64,000 nt of DNA, taken from positions 143,898 through 207,897 of the forward strand of contig CAYTAT010000002.1 in the NCBI GenBank assembly GCA_964435795.1, given 5' to 3'. Source of the DNA: an uncultured Spirochaetaceae bacterium. Lineage in GTDB: Bacteria > Myxococcota_A > UBA9160 > UBA4427. Within the stretch, counting starts at the first letter, position 1. Every line of letters starts with the position of its first letter. Below the pieces are notes generated by a model, which was not told where the DNA came from, did not search any database, and saw only the letters and a program-made list of their open reading frames with translations. Both the position numbers and the translations under genes were made by a program. Below, one piece after another: positions 1 to 9,426 of the stretch.

Positions 1-311
1 TTGCCTTGGCTGATGCTCCGCGAAGTGCTGGGACTGACATTCGCCCTCGGTCTCTGGTGGTGGCCCTTCCGCCATCGCGAGGCCAGTTGGGAAGCCCACT
101 ATCGCCTGCAGGTGGGCTGGCTGCTGGCTCTTTTCTCGGGGGCGGTGGATTGGATACCAGACTGCGCGTCCAGTGTTGGCGGGTTGCCGCCGAATCGATT
201 CCCCGGGAATCCGAAGCGCGCGTCGAATGGCTCGAATCCGAGTGGCGGAAGGTGGGAGATTGGGTCCAGGCCCAAGCCCGCTTCGAGACGGGGGAGGAGT
301 ACGCCCCCTAG
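1..311 (+). CDS. 3' end of an unidentified gene entering from upstream; reading frame appears to change near 150-160
   Basis: Frame 1 (1 to about 153) reads LGLTFALGLWWWPF...LLALFSGAVDW, which is membrane-like with GC-rich third positions. Only frame 3 gives a plausible tail (..ESEARVEWLESEWRKVGDWVQAQARFETGEEYAP, stop 309-311). No family recognised. Confidence 0.2.
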   Translation, partial: ALADAPRSAGTDIRPRSLVVALPPSRGQLGSPLSPAGGLAAGSFLGGGGLDTRLRVQCWRVAAESIPRESEARVEWLESEWRKVGDWVQAQARFETGEEYAP

Positions 312-320
312 GTCTCTCCC

Positions 321-1817
321 TCAGCGGCTGGTGCCGATCGCCCGGGTACGAACGGTATAGACGGTGTCGCCACTGAGAACGCCACCGCGTCCGAAGAGCC
401 GGCCCCATTGCCAGTTGGAGAGTCCGAGTTCCGGCCGTTCCAGCGCCAATTGGCCGTCTACCCAGCGCGTATAGCCATCGCCGACGAAGGGGGCGTTCAC
501 GGTCGCGAAGAAATGCTCCTGTTCCGCCGCGTCGTCGCTCACCAGGCAGGCCACGAATTGGGGGCTATGGCGGTTGAAGAGTCCGATCGCTTCATCCATG
601 TCATCCACGATCTTGAGGCTGATTTCCGGAGTCTGCTCCCACTCCCATTCGATGCCGAGATCGTCCTCGGAAAGCTCGACCGCCTGTTTCTCCTCGACAT
701 CACCCTGGGCTCTTCGCACCGTGACGACTCGATCGAAGAGTTCTGCCGGCACGGAATCCCGATCGGATCGGGCCACATGCAATTTGAAGGATTGTCCGAG
801 CCGTTCGCCCGCGCGTTCCAGGGAGGCGAGGAGTACGGGCACGAGCTCGTCGGCTCGGCTGCGTTCGATGCAGCAGGTATTGAGCGTATTGCATACCTTG
901 CGGTCCAGGGAAGCGTAGACCGCCTTCGCGAAGGGCTCGGCCCGGGTCCGCTCCGAGGCGACGAGCCAGGCCCCTCCGGTGCCATGCAGGCTGACCGGAA
1001 TCCCGGCCTGCTGAGCCAACGCGCCCAGGGTTTCGACGGCTCGTCCGGATCCCCGCGCGACGGCCAGGGCGAGGCGGCGGTCGCCGAAGAGCGCCCAGCC
1101 GCACGCATGGGTACTGCTATCCACGAGGGAGACGCTGCCCTCGGGCAGGCCCGCTCCCCGCAGAGCCGGTTGCAGGGCCAATTCCATGATCGCCCGGGCC
1201 GTGTCCAGGGCATCGCTGCCGATGCGAAAGACGACGCTATTGCCCCCGCGCAGGACGCCGGTCGCATCCGCCAGGACATTGGGTCGTCCCTCGAAGATGA
1301 AGGCCACGACCCCCAGGGCCGCGCCGACCAATTCGGCCCGCCAGCCGTCGTGGTCGACCTGCTCGAGGATCTGTCCTCTGCGGCTCTCGGCGTCGATCCA
1401 GCCGCGCAGACCCTCGATCATATCCGCGCGCAATTTCTCGCTGGCGACCAGGCGAGTCGTCGAACGACCGCGTTCGCGAGCCCTCTCGACATCTGCATCG
1501 TTGACCTTCTGGATCCGGGCCCAGAGGTCGTCGTCCTCGAGGTTGTCGGCGAAGCGTCGGTAGAAATCGGAAATCCGCTCATCCGATGCCGAGGAAAGAA
1601 TCTGGAAGGCCGCCTCGGCGCGTTCGACGGCCGCTTCCGCGATACGTCTCTCCTCGGCGGGAATCAGCAGCATCTCCTCGGTGGCCTCGACGACCACGAC
1701 CGAGTCGCCGCTCCGGAAGCGCTCGGCGATTTCGGCTGGCACGCGCATGAGTCGATTGCCCCCGAAGAGGATCGGGGTACCACTTTCGAGTTGGGAGAGT
1801 TCGCTGACATCGGCCAT
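321..1817 (-). CDS. Gamma-glutamyl phosphate reductase (ProA)-like aldehyde dehydrogenase with an N-terminal extension of about 70 aa
   Basis: 498 aa. ProA-like blocks are FIFEGRPNVLADATGVLRGGNSVVFRIGSDAL, LAVARGSGRAVETL, KVCNTLNTCCIE (Cys loop) and VDDMDEAIGLFNRHSPQFVACLVSDD. ATG at 1815-1817. Confidence 0.7.
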   Translation of the reverse strand: MADVSELSQLESGTPILFGGNRLMRVPAEIAERFRSGDSVVVVEATEEMLLIPAEERRIAEAAVERAEAAFQILSSASDERISDFYRRFADNLEDDDLWARIQKVNDADVERARERGRSTTRLVASEKLRADMIEGLRGWIDAESRRGQILEQVDHDGWRAELVGAALGVVAFIFEGRPNVLADATGVLRGGNSVVFRIGSDALDTARAIMELALQPALRGAGLPEGSVSLVDSSTHACGWALFGDRRLALAVARGSGRAVETLGALAQQAGIPVSLHGTGGAWLVASERTRAEPFAKAVYASLDRKVCNTLNTCCIERSRADELVPVLLASLERAGERLGQSFKLHVARSDRDSVPAELFDRVVTVRRAQGDVEEKQAVELSEDDLGIEWEWEQTPEISLKIVDDMDEAIGLFNRHSPQFVACLVSDDAAEQEHFFATVNAPFVGDGYTRWVDGQLALERPELGLSNWQWGRLFGRGGVLSGDTVYTVRTRAIGTSR

Positions 1818-1880
1818 ATGGGAAATTTGCGAGTTTGGGGGCGCCCTGTCAAAGGGTTGGCCGGGAAATGCCCGGAGCGC

Positions 1881-3068
1881 TCAATCCGTCTCCTCGGGGC
1901 CGGGTGCCCGCTCGACGAGTTTCCGCAGGCTCTGCAATTTCGTCCAGATGTCGAGGGGCAGATCCGCTCCCGTCAGGCCCCCGTAGCCGATCAGAATGTA
2001 TTCTTCGAGCAGCGCGTAGGCGTTTTCCGCGAAGTCGGCCCGGGGAGCCAGTCGAATTGCGGCTTCCAGGTGGAACTCGGCCTGGGGCAGCCAATAGGAG
2101 TCGACACTGCGCGCCTCCACGACCCCCAGCAGGTAGTAGGCTTCGGCGAGTTCGGCCTCCGAAGCATCCCGGCGATCGATCAATCGCAGTAGCAGGCTCG
2201 ATGCGACGAGATCGTAGATCATCTGCTCGCGGCCGAGCGCCGGTGAGAGAGCCAGGCCCTCTCCTTTGACCAGTTTCCGGGCGCGGCCCAGCGATGGGCT
2301 CTGTCCGAGATCCCCCCCGACCGCGCCCAGCGCCCGCTGCCAGCTCGTGAGATGACGACCCAGATAGATGGGCATATCCGGCCGCCGGGCGAATTCTGCC
2401 AGGGTCCCGAGGACTCGATCGGGATCATTCTGGACGCGGATTGCGATCGTGAGGTAGTCGAGGAGGTGGCCGTCCATATCGAGTTGTCCGGGCGGAGCCG
2501 AGGCGTCGGCGAAGATCTCCTCCCAGGTCTCGAGGGCTGTGCCGAAGCGACGGGTCGCCACCAGGATCTGGGCCTTTTCATGGGCCGAGAGGGATTCGAA
2601 GAGATCGGGCGTCGCGCGGGCCATGGGAGTCGATGTCCGATCCGTCGCCGGAAGGCGCGAGTGGCATGCGACGCAATTGCCCGTGATTTCGACCAGGTTG
2701 AAGCGCGCTTCGGCCAGACGCTCCGATTCGAAGAGATCGCGGACTTCCTCGACGCTACTCGCCAGGGAACGGCTCAGATTTCGGAAGCCGAGATCCCGAA
2801 CTTCCGCGTGGCTCTCGAGCCCGCCCGCATGTCGGGCCAGGACGGCGAGTTGCCGCGAAATCTCATCCTGAAGGGGTGGGTCCTCCCACGCGACTTCGCT
2901 CAAGGCGATCGGCAGCAGCCAGGTCATCGCGGCGAGGATCTCCTGCATCTCCTCGCGCAGGGGCTGGGGGGCCTCTTCCTCCTCGGCAAGGGGTGGCGCT
3001 GGAGCCAGGAAGAGGCCGATCCCGCAGGCGATGGCAATTCTTCGGCCCCGTCTCGAATTTCGAAGCAT
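1881..3068 (-). CDS. Secreted hypothetical protein with a single CxxCH heme-c motif
   Basis: Start chosen at the internal ATG (3066-3068), giving a signal-like N-terminus MLRNSRRGRRIAIACGIGLFLAPAPP. CVACH is encoded at 2661-2675. The upstream part of the 500-aa ORF is low-complexity R/S/G. Confidence 0.55.
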   Translation of the reverse strand: MLRNSRRGRRIAIACGIGLFLAPAPPLAEEEEAPQPLREEMQEILAAMTWLLPIALSEVAWEDPPLQDEISRQLAVLARHAGGLESHAEVRDLGFRNLSRSLASSVEEVRDLFESERLAEARFNLVEITGNCVACHSRLPATDRTSTPMARATPDLFESLSAHEKAQILVATRRFGTALETWEEIFADASAPPGQLDMDGHLLDYLTIAIRVQNDPDRVLGTLAEFARRPDMPIYLGRHLTSWQRALGAVGGDLGQSPSLGRARKLVKGEGLALSPALGREQMIYDLVASSLLLRLIDRRDASEAELAEAYYLLGVVEARSVDSYWLPQAEFHLEAAIRLAPRADFAENAYALLEEYILIGYGGLTGADLPLDIWTKLQSLRKLVERAPGPEETD

Positions 3069-3246
3069 TGGCCCACTCCTGAAAAATCTGCCCCCGCCCG
3101 CTGACGCCGGGAAGGATCGGCTGCTGGCCTCAATACTCGCCGATTCGAGCCATCCGTCCAGAACCCCGAAGGCGAGAGGCCCGGAGATCGTCGTCGACGC
3201 CCGGCCCCGGCTCTCGCGAGAGCGCGATTCTCCTCGAGCGGTCATA

Positions 3247-4200
3247 ATGGTGCCCATGGGCGGGATGCTTCTGGTCAGCGAGGGGGTCGAGGCCCGATGG
3301 GCCCGGGAACTCGATGCCGCTGCGCCGGATCGGGAGCGTTGGGTCCAGCGCCCGGGTGGGGAGCCTCCGGATTCTTCTCCCATCGAGTTGATCTACTTCT
3401 CCTGGGACGTCTATCCCGAGCACTCCCGGGAGTTCGCCGTCGCGGCCCTGAAATCCGATGCCCTGCGCTGGCTTCATACTTTCAGCGCGGGTGTCGATGA
3501 TCCCTTCTTCCGCACGCTGATCGAGCGAGGAGTGCTGCTGACGAATTCCGCGGGCGCCCAGGCGGTGCCCATCGCCCAGACCGTGATCCTCTACCTGCTC
3601 GCCCTCTCCCGCGATCTCCCGGGCTGGTTGGAGGATCAGCGGTTGCAGCGCTGGAACCCACGGGAAATTCGCGATCTCCAGGGCCAGCATATGGTCATCC
3701 TCGGCCTCGGTCCCATCGGCCAGGCCGTGGCCCGCCTGGGATTGGCCCTGGGGATGCGAGTGACGGGCCTGCGAAGATCGCCCCGGGGCGATGAGATCTG
3801 CCCGACCCGGCCCGTCGGGGAACTCCTCAAGGTACTCCCCGACGCCGATGCCCTGGTGGTGGCCGTTCCCCTGACTCCGGAGACCCGTCATCTGATCGAT
3901 CGGCGAGCCCTCGACTGCATCAAAGCCGGTAGCCTGCTCGTCAACATTGCCCGGGGTGAAGTGGTAGACGAGGAGGCTCTCATCGATGCCCTTCGGGAGG
4001 GCCACCTCGCCGGCGCCGGCCTGGACGTTTTTCGCGAGGAACCCCTGCCCCGGGAGAGCCCGCTCTGGGGTCTTCGGAATGTGCTGATCACACCCCATAG
4101 TTCGGGCACGAATCCGGGAAATCATCTGCGAGCGACGGAGATCTTTCTGGATAATCTTCGTCGCTACGAGCGGGGAGAGTCCCTGCTGAATCAAGTATGA
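3247..4200 (+). CDS. D-isomer-specific 2-hydroxyacid dehydrogenase family, NAD-binding
   Basis: GLGPIGQAVARLGLALGMRV (GxGxxG Rossmann), LVNIARGEVVDEEALIDAL, GAGLDVFREEPLP, ITPHSSG. Internal ATG at 3247 gives the family-typical 317 aa. Confidence 0.85.
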   Translation: MVPMGGMLLVSEGVEARWARELDAAAPDRERWVQRPGGEPPDSSPIELIYFSWDVYPEHSREFAVAALKSDALRWLHTFSAGVDDPFFRTLIERGVLLTNSAGAQAVPIAQTVILYLLALSRDLPGWLEDQRLQRWNPREIRDLQGQHMVILGLGPIGQAVARLGLALGMRVTGLRRSPRGDEICPTRPVGELLKVLPDADALVVAVPLTPETRHLIDRRALDCIKAGSLLVNIARGEVVDEEALIDALREGHLAGAGLDVFREEPLPRESPLWGLRNVLITPHSSGTNPGNHLRATEIFLDNLRRYERGESLLNQV

Positions 4201-4255
4201 TTCGGGTAAGAGGAAAGGCCCCTGAGTTCGCGGCAAGCGGATTCGATGCGAATCT

Positions 4256-5104
4256 TTGGATGCATTCGGGGTGATCTGGCAGATGTTGGAGAAACATGCA
4301 CTGAATCGTGAATTCAGCTGGCGCGAGCTGGCGGGCCCCTTTCGTAGCATCAGCTCCGAACAGGCCGACCAATTCAATCGAGACGGTTACCTCCTCCTGG
4401 AAGATGTTTTCGATGCCGACCGCATCAAGGGGTTGCTGGCGGAGATCGATCCCCTGGAGGCAGAATTTGAGAAATTCCTGCGCGATCATCTGGGCGGCCA
4501 GGCCTTTATCACGCGGGCGGATGAGATCACCTTCAACGTGCATCTGGTAACCCGATCTCCGGCGGCCCGGGCCTTGACCCTCGATCCCGTTTTTCGCGAT
4601 CTGGTTTCAGACCTGATCGGTCCCGACGTTCGACTCTATTGGGATCAATCCGTCTACAAGAAACCCGGCACCGCGAAACCTTTCCCCTGGCATCAGGACA
4701 ATGGCTATACCTTCGTCGAGCCCCAGCAATATCTGACCTGCTGGATTGCGCTGACGGATGCCGATGAGGAAAACGGTTGCCCGGTGGTGGCGCCCGGCCT
4801 CCACCGCCAGGGGACGCTGGCGCATCACATCACCGAGCTCGGTTTCGAGTGTTTTTCCGATCCGCCGGTGCCCGCGGTCGTCGCCCCGGTGCGGGCCGGA
4901 AGCATGCTGATCTTCTCCTCGCTCACCCCGCATATGACGGGCCCCAATCTCAGTCGGGATCGGGATCGCAAGGCCTATATCGTACAGTTCGCGGCCGCCG
5001 ACGCGACCGTCACCCAGGGCGCGGGGGCGCAGCAGGAACGCGTCCCCTGTGACGCGGCGGAGCGCCAATATCCCGTCCTCGTGGCCGGGGCGGAGCCGGA
5101 CTGA
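4256..5104 (+). CDS. Phytanoyl-CoA dioxygenase (PhyH) family Fe(II)/2-oxoglutarate oxygenase
   Basis: FPWHQDNGY (HxD iron motif) with a downstream TPHMTGPN His. Start uncertain: TTG at 4256 or ATG at 4283. Confidence 0.75.
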   Translation: MDAFGVIWQMLEKHALNREFSWRELAGPFRSISSEQADQFNRDGYLLLEDVFDADRIKGLLAEIDPLEAEFEKFLRDHLGGQAFITRADEITFNVHLVTRSPAARALTLDPVFRDLVSDLIGPDVRLYWDQSVYKKPGTAKPFPWHQDNGYTFVEPQQYLTCWIALTDADEENGCPVVAPGLHRQGTLAHHITELGFECFSDPPVPAVVAPVRAGSMLIFSSLTPHMTGPNLSRDRDRKAYIVQFAAADATVTQGAGAQQERVPCDAAERQYPVLVAGAEPD

Positions 5105-5118
5105 ACTCCGACCCGGGC

Positions 5119-6417
5119 TCAGGCGCTCGCCCGTTCCTCCGGCTCCGGCCGATCTCCTCCGAGTTCGGATTCTTCGCCCGCCTGGGCCAGCGAGAGGCTC
5201 CATTGGAGAAAACGCCCGCTTGCCTGAATGGTTGCGCTGGTTCGCGTCGAGTGGAAGACCTCGAAGGCATGCTGTGCTCCCGGCAACTCTCCGTAGGCGA
5301 CTGGCTGATTCGAAATGCGGCTGAGGGATTGGGCGAAATGCCGTGCCTCTTCCACACAGGCCAGGCTGTCGTTCGTACCGTGGATGATGAAGAAGGGCGG
5401 CGCGTCGGCATGCATGCGATGCATCGGTGAGGCCCGGTGGAAGGCCTCCAACTCGGTTTCTGGATCCTTCTTCAGGACGGTCTCCCCGATCCATTTCGTC
5501 ATCTGACTCGTCGGCTGGAGTTTGAAGTGATTCGAGAAATCGTAGACACCATAGAAGGGGATGACGGCTTGCACCCCGGTTTCGACTTCCTCGAATCCGG
5601 GCTGGTATTCGGGATCGTTGGCCGTCAGCCCGACCAGCGCCGAAAGGTGTCCACCCGCCGAGCCTCCAGTCGCGGTGATGAAATCGGGATCGCCCCCGTA
5701 GGCGGAGATCTCCCGCTTGATCCAGGCAATTGCCCGCTTGAGGTCGACCAGATGATCGGGGAAGGTATTCGCCGGACTGAGGCGATAGTTGGCAGCGACA
5801 CAGACCCAGCCGAGACCCGCCATATAATTCATCAGCGGAAGGGCCTGCTCGTGCTTGTTTCCGATCGTCCAGCCCCCGCCGTGGATCTGCAACAGGACCG
5901 GGGCCCTCTCCACGCCGTCCCGCGCGACGTAGATATCCAGGCAATTGCGCTTGCCTCCACCGGGGAAGTACTCGATGTCCCGATGCCGGACCACACGCGG
6001 ATGCCTGAACCTGAAGGGGTTCGGGGGAGTGGCGGGGGGCGGCTTCGCCTCCGCAATCTTTCGCTGTAATTCGGGCCGGATTTCATCGCGGTACTCGGGG
6101 CCGAGAGCGGCGACGAGTGCGGACTCCAGGATCGCTTCCGAATCACGAGCCGAAACCAGCAGCATCAGCAGTCCGAGCCAGGAGACGAGCGTCAGTCCCA
6201 GACCGAGCCAGCCCGGCCAGGCGCCGAGGGCGCCCGAGTAGATGAAGATCCCGCTGGCCAGGAATTGCCAGGCAATATGGTGGAGTGGAAGCTCCGCCGT
6301 GAGCCAGCCCATGAAGAAACTCGGAATGACGAGGGGCCCCGTTCGCCGCTGGGCGAGATAGGCATTGAGGGTGAGGATTGCACCGATGATCGAGACGATG
6401 AGAAAAGCCCAGGGCAT
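5119..6417 (-). CDS. Membrane-anchored alpha/beta hydrolase (esterase/lipase fold)
   Basis: The N-terminal region of about 100 aa is hydrophobic (several predicted TM helices). Oxyanion HGGGW, nucleophile elbow GGSAGGHL and C-terminal HGTNDS are present. Confidence 0.8.
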   Translation of the reverse strand: MPWAFLIVSIIGAILTLNAYLAQRRTGPLVIPSFFMGWLTAELPLHHIAWQFLASGIFIYSGALGAWPGWLGLGLTLVSWLGLLMLLVSARDSEAILESALVAALGPEYRDEIRPELQRKIAEAKPPPATPPNPFRFRHPRVVRHRDIEYFPGGGKRNCLDIYVARDGVERAPVLLQIHGGGWTIGNKHEQALPLMNYMAGLGWVCVAANYRLSPANTFPDHLVDLKRAIAWIKREISAYGGDPDFITATGGSAGGHLSALVGLTANDPEYQPGFEEVETGVQAVIPFYGVYDFSNHFKLQPTSQMTKWIGETVLKKDPETELEAFHRASPMHRMHADAPPFFIIHGTNDSLACVEEARHFAQSLSRISNQPVAYGELPGAQHAFEVFHSTRTSATIQASGRFLQWSLSLAQAGEESELGGDRPEPEERASA

Positions 6418-6570
6418 TGCGCTCCACCTCCTTGGGGATCATGGGGAGGATACTCGGCCCGGACCCGGCGCGCCGCTACGGAGTTCTTGAAGCCGGTTTT
6501 TTCATGAGCGGGTATGCTCCTCGACAGCGATGGCCCCCGGCGTGCCCGATTGAATTGGGGGAAAAGGAAA

Positions 6571-7662
6571 ATGATGCGATTCGACCCACTGCATACGCGA
6601 CTCTGTGACGAATTGGCAGTCGCACTCCCAATCGTCTGCTTCACCCATTGCCGAGAAGTGGCGGTGGCCGCCACCCGCGCCGGCTGTTTTGCGGTTCTCG
6701 GAGAAGCGCTGAGGAGCATGGAAGAGATCGAAAGGGATATCGGCTGGCTGCGTGATCGCATCGGGAAGAATTTCGGAATCGACCTGGTACTGCCCGCCAG
6801 GGCGCCCCGCGACGCGACGCCCGACCAACTCTATTCGGAAATCCCAGAAGATCGGCGAGATTTTGCGGCTCGTATCGCAGAGGAATACGACGTGCCCCCG
6901 CCCGAGAATGAGGTCGTTCTGAATAAATGGGGCGGCAACAACCAGAAGATCGCCCGGGCCCAGATCGAAATGGTACTCGAGAACGAGGTGCCCGTGGTTG
7001 CGACCGGGCTGGGAGCGCCGGATTTCCTCTTTGAGGAAGCGCGCGAGCGAGGGGTGAAGATGATCTCCCTGGTGGGATCGGCCCGCCAGGCGCGCCGCCA
7101 GGCAGAGCGCGGCGCGGATATGATCGTCGCCCAGGGATACGATGCCGCCGGGCATACGGGCGGGGTGGGAACTTTTTCGATCGTTCCCGAGATCGTGGCC
7201 AGTCTGCCCGGAATTCCCGTGATCGCCGCCGGCGGGATCACGACGGGTCGCCATCTTGCCGCTTGCCTCTGTCTCGGTGCCGCCGGGGTCTGGACGGGGA
7301 CGGTCTGGCTCGCCAGCGAGGAGTCGGACGTCGACCCGATCTTGAAGGAGAGAATCCTGGCTTCGGGGGGAGAGTCCACGACGAGATCGGCATCGATTTC
7401 CGGCAAGACGATGCGCGTTCTTCGCTGCCCCTGGACCGAAGCCTGGGAGCGATCCGATGCGCCGGATCTGCTGAAGAGCCCCTACCAGATGCTGCTGACC
7501 TCCCGTTATCTCCAGGGGGCGAATGATGCCCGTCGCTCGGATCTCATGACCGAGGCCGTGGGGCAGGGCGTTCACTTCGTGGATCGGGAAGAGCCCGTGG
7601 CCGCGATCGCGGGGGAGTTGGCCGATGGAGCCAGGCGTGCTCTGCTGCGGTTTCGGTCCTGA
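6571..7662 (+). CDS. Nitronate monooxygenase (2-nitropropane dioxygenase-like, FMN)
   Basis: AQGYDAAGHTGGVGTF and PVIAAGGITTGRHLAACLCLGAAGVWTGT. ATG at 6571 is preceded by GAAAAGGAAA. Confidence 0.85.
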   Translation: MMRFDPLHTRLCDELAVALPIVCFTHCREVAVAATRAGCFAVLGEALRSMEEIERDIGWLRDRIGKNFGIDLVLPARAPRDATPDQLYSEIPEDRRDFAARIAEEYDVPPPENEVVLNKWGGNNQKIARAQIEMVLENEVPVVATGLGAPDFLFEEARERGVKMISLVGSARQARRQAERGADMIVAQGYDAAGHTGGVGTFSIVPEIVASLPGIPVIAAGGITTGRHLAACLCLGAAGVWTGTVWLASEESDVDPILKERILASGGESTTRSASISGKTMRVLRCPWTEAWERSDAPDLLKSPYQMLLTSRYLQGANDARRSDLMTEAVGQGVHFVDREEPVAAIAGELADGARRALLRFRS

Positions 7663-7850
7663 GGGCTCCAATGCGGGGGGAATCGTCAGCGGAAATCGCC
7701 GCCGAGCATTCGCGAGTCGGTCGCCGCGGGGGAGTCGCCACCACAGCGTTGAAGGGGATCTGTGGTAATTTGCATCCGATTCGGAGAATAGGGGCCGGGT
7801 CGGTTCCATCCGATGTCGGTCGGCCGTCAGATAGGTCAGGGTGGAGGTCC

Positions 7851-9407
7851 ATGCAGCGTCGGTGTGCCGCGTTCGCAGCGCTCTTTCTGACTCTTCTCCA
7901 GGGGGTGTTCGCGCCCGCACGGGCCGGGGAAAACGCGAGCCCCGAGCGGGCGACTTCCACCGGTATTTCGGTCGGGGCGATCTCGGATCTCGATCTCGAC
8001 GCCCTGCGCCGGGTCATCGATCGCCACGACGAAGTGGCCGTGCGCCCGACGCCGATGCGCCGCACGCTTTCCCTCGAAGAGGCCCTGAAGGTCGCCCTCG
8101 AGAATAATCTCGCGCTCCAGGTTTCCGCCCTGGATGTGAAGAGCAGTGATCTGGCGATCGATCAGGCGCGTTCGAAATTCCACCCCAGCGTTGGTTTCGA
8201 GGCCGACATGGTCGAGACCCGGCGCGCCCATTCGGATCGGGCGCGGCCCGATGAATTCACCGAGGTCCAGGATGCCCGGCTGATCGTTCGTCAGGAGGTC
8301 CCGACGGGCGGAGCGGTCTCCCTGGGGCTCGGTTATGGCCGCGAATTCAAGGATGAATACGTAGAGCCCTCGGACGGTCCCGGATTCATGTCCAAGAGCG
8401 TGAGCGAAATCGCCGGCCTGGGGATCGAGATCCACCAGCCCCTGCTGAGGGGGGGCAGGATCTATGTCGCCCGCAGGCAGATCCTCGACGCGCAATACGA
8501 CGATGAAATCAGTCGGGCCGAATTGCGCAGCCAGATCCTCCGGGTGACGGCCCAGACGAAGGCGGCCTATTACCGCGTCATCCAGACGCTGCGCCAGATC
8601 GAGGTTGTCGAGGCGGCCCTGCTTCGGGATGAGGAATTGGTCGAGGCCTCGACGGCCCTCTTCGACGCGGGCCGGGTGAGTCGGGTCGACGTCTATAGCG
8701 CCGAGATCAACCGATCCAAGGATGAGGCGCGCCTCGCCGACGCCCATGCGGATCTCGAATTGGCCCAAAATGAATTGCGCAAGGTGATCGGCCTGGGCAT
8801 CGATATCCAGATCGATGTCAGTGATCGGACGATTCCCTTCAAGCCACCGAGGGTCGATCTCCAGGGCTGGCTGGAGCGAGCCTTTGTGGATCGGCCCGAA
8901 ATGGTTCGGGCGCGCAGCGAAGTGGAGAAGAGCGAATTGGCGGTTCGCGTCGCCGGGAACTCGAAACTGCCCAGCCTGGATTTGAGGGGTGGCTTTCAAC
9001 CGGGTTTTGATTGGAAGAGTTGGAATTGGAATGCCGGCATCGGCATCGAATATCCGATCGGAAACGTGGCGGGGAAGTCGCGTTTCGAAAGGGCCCGGAT
9101 CGCCGAGGCCCGCAGCCGCCGAGCCTATTTGCATCAGAAGCGAGAGGTCGATCTGGAGGTTCGCGAAGTCGAGATCCGGCTGAGAGAGGGAATCGAACGC
9201 CTCAAGAGCCTGACCCTGCAGGTCGAAAACTCGCGCTCCAAGCGGGAGATCGCCCGGGGCCGCTTCGAGATGGGATTGGCGAATAATCTCGATATTCGAG
9301 AAGCGGATGAAGAATTGATTCGTTCGGAAAGCCTGCTGCTCGCGGCTCTCGTTGATTATGCGAGCAACCTGGCCCTGCTGGAAGCCAGGATCGGAGGGCC
9401 GCTCTAA
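7851..9407 (+). CDS. TolC-family outer membrane efflux protein
   Basis: Signal peptide MQRRCAAFAALFLTLLQGVFAPARAGE follows a GGTGGAGG RBS. Two OEP-type repeats carry long coiled helices (LSLEEALKVALENNLALQ..., RAELRSQILRVTAQTKAAYY..., ARSRRAYLHQKREVDLEVREVE...). Confidence 0.85.
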   Translation: MQRRCAAFAALFLTLLQGVFAPARAGENASPERATSTGISVGAISDLDLDALRRVIDRHDEVAVRPTPMRRTLSLEEALKVALENNLALQVSALDVKSSDLAIDQARSKFHPSVGFEADMVETRRAHSDRARPDEFTEVQDARLIVRQEVPTGGAVSLGLGYGREFKDEYVEPSDGPGFMSKSVSEIAGLGIEIHQPLLRGGRIYVARRQILDAQYDDEISRAELRSQILRVTAQTKAAYYRVIQTLRQIEVVEAALLRDEELVEASTALFDAGRVSRVDVYSAEINRSKDEARLADAHADLELAQNELRKVIGLGIDIQIDVSDRTIPFKPPRVDLQGWLERAFVDRPEMVRARSEVEKSELAVRVAGNSKLPSLDLRGGFQPGFDWKSWNWNAGIGIEYPIGNVAGKSRFERARIAEARSRRAYLHQKREVDLEVREVEIRLREGIERLKSLTLQVENSRSKREIARGRFEMGLANNLDIREADEELIRSESLLLAALVDYASNLALLEARIGGPL

Positions 9408-9426
9408 GGGGCCGGGGAAGTGTCGA

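Noticed and set aside
408-2192. 594-aa + strand ORF
   Set aside because: It is antisense to the motif-bearing ProA-like gene. It has R/G/P/A-rich composition with no recognisable motif, as expected of a GC-driven shadow ORF.
3031-3246. N-terminal 72 aa of the 389-aa dehydrogenase ORF
   Set aside because: This segment is R/P-rich and would overlap the divergent gene's start. The internal ATG at 3247 gives the family-typical length.
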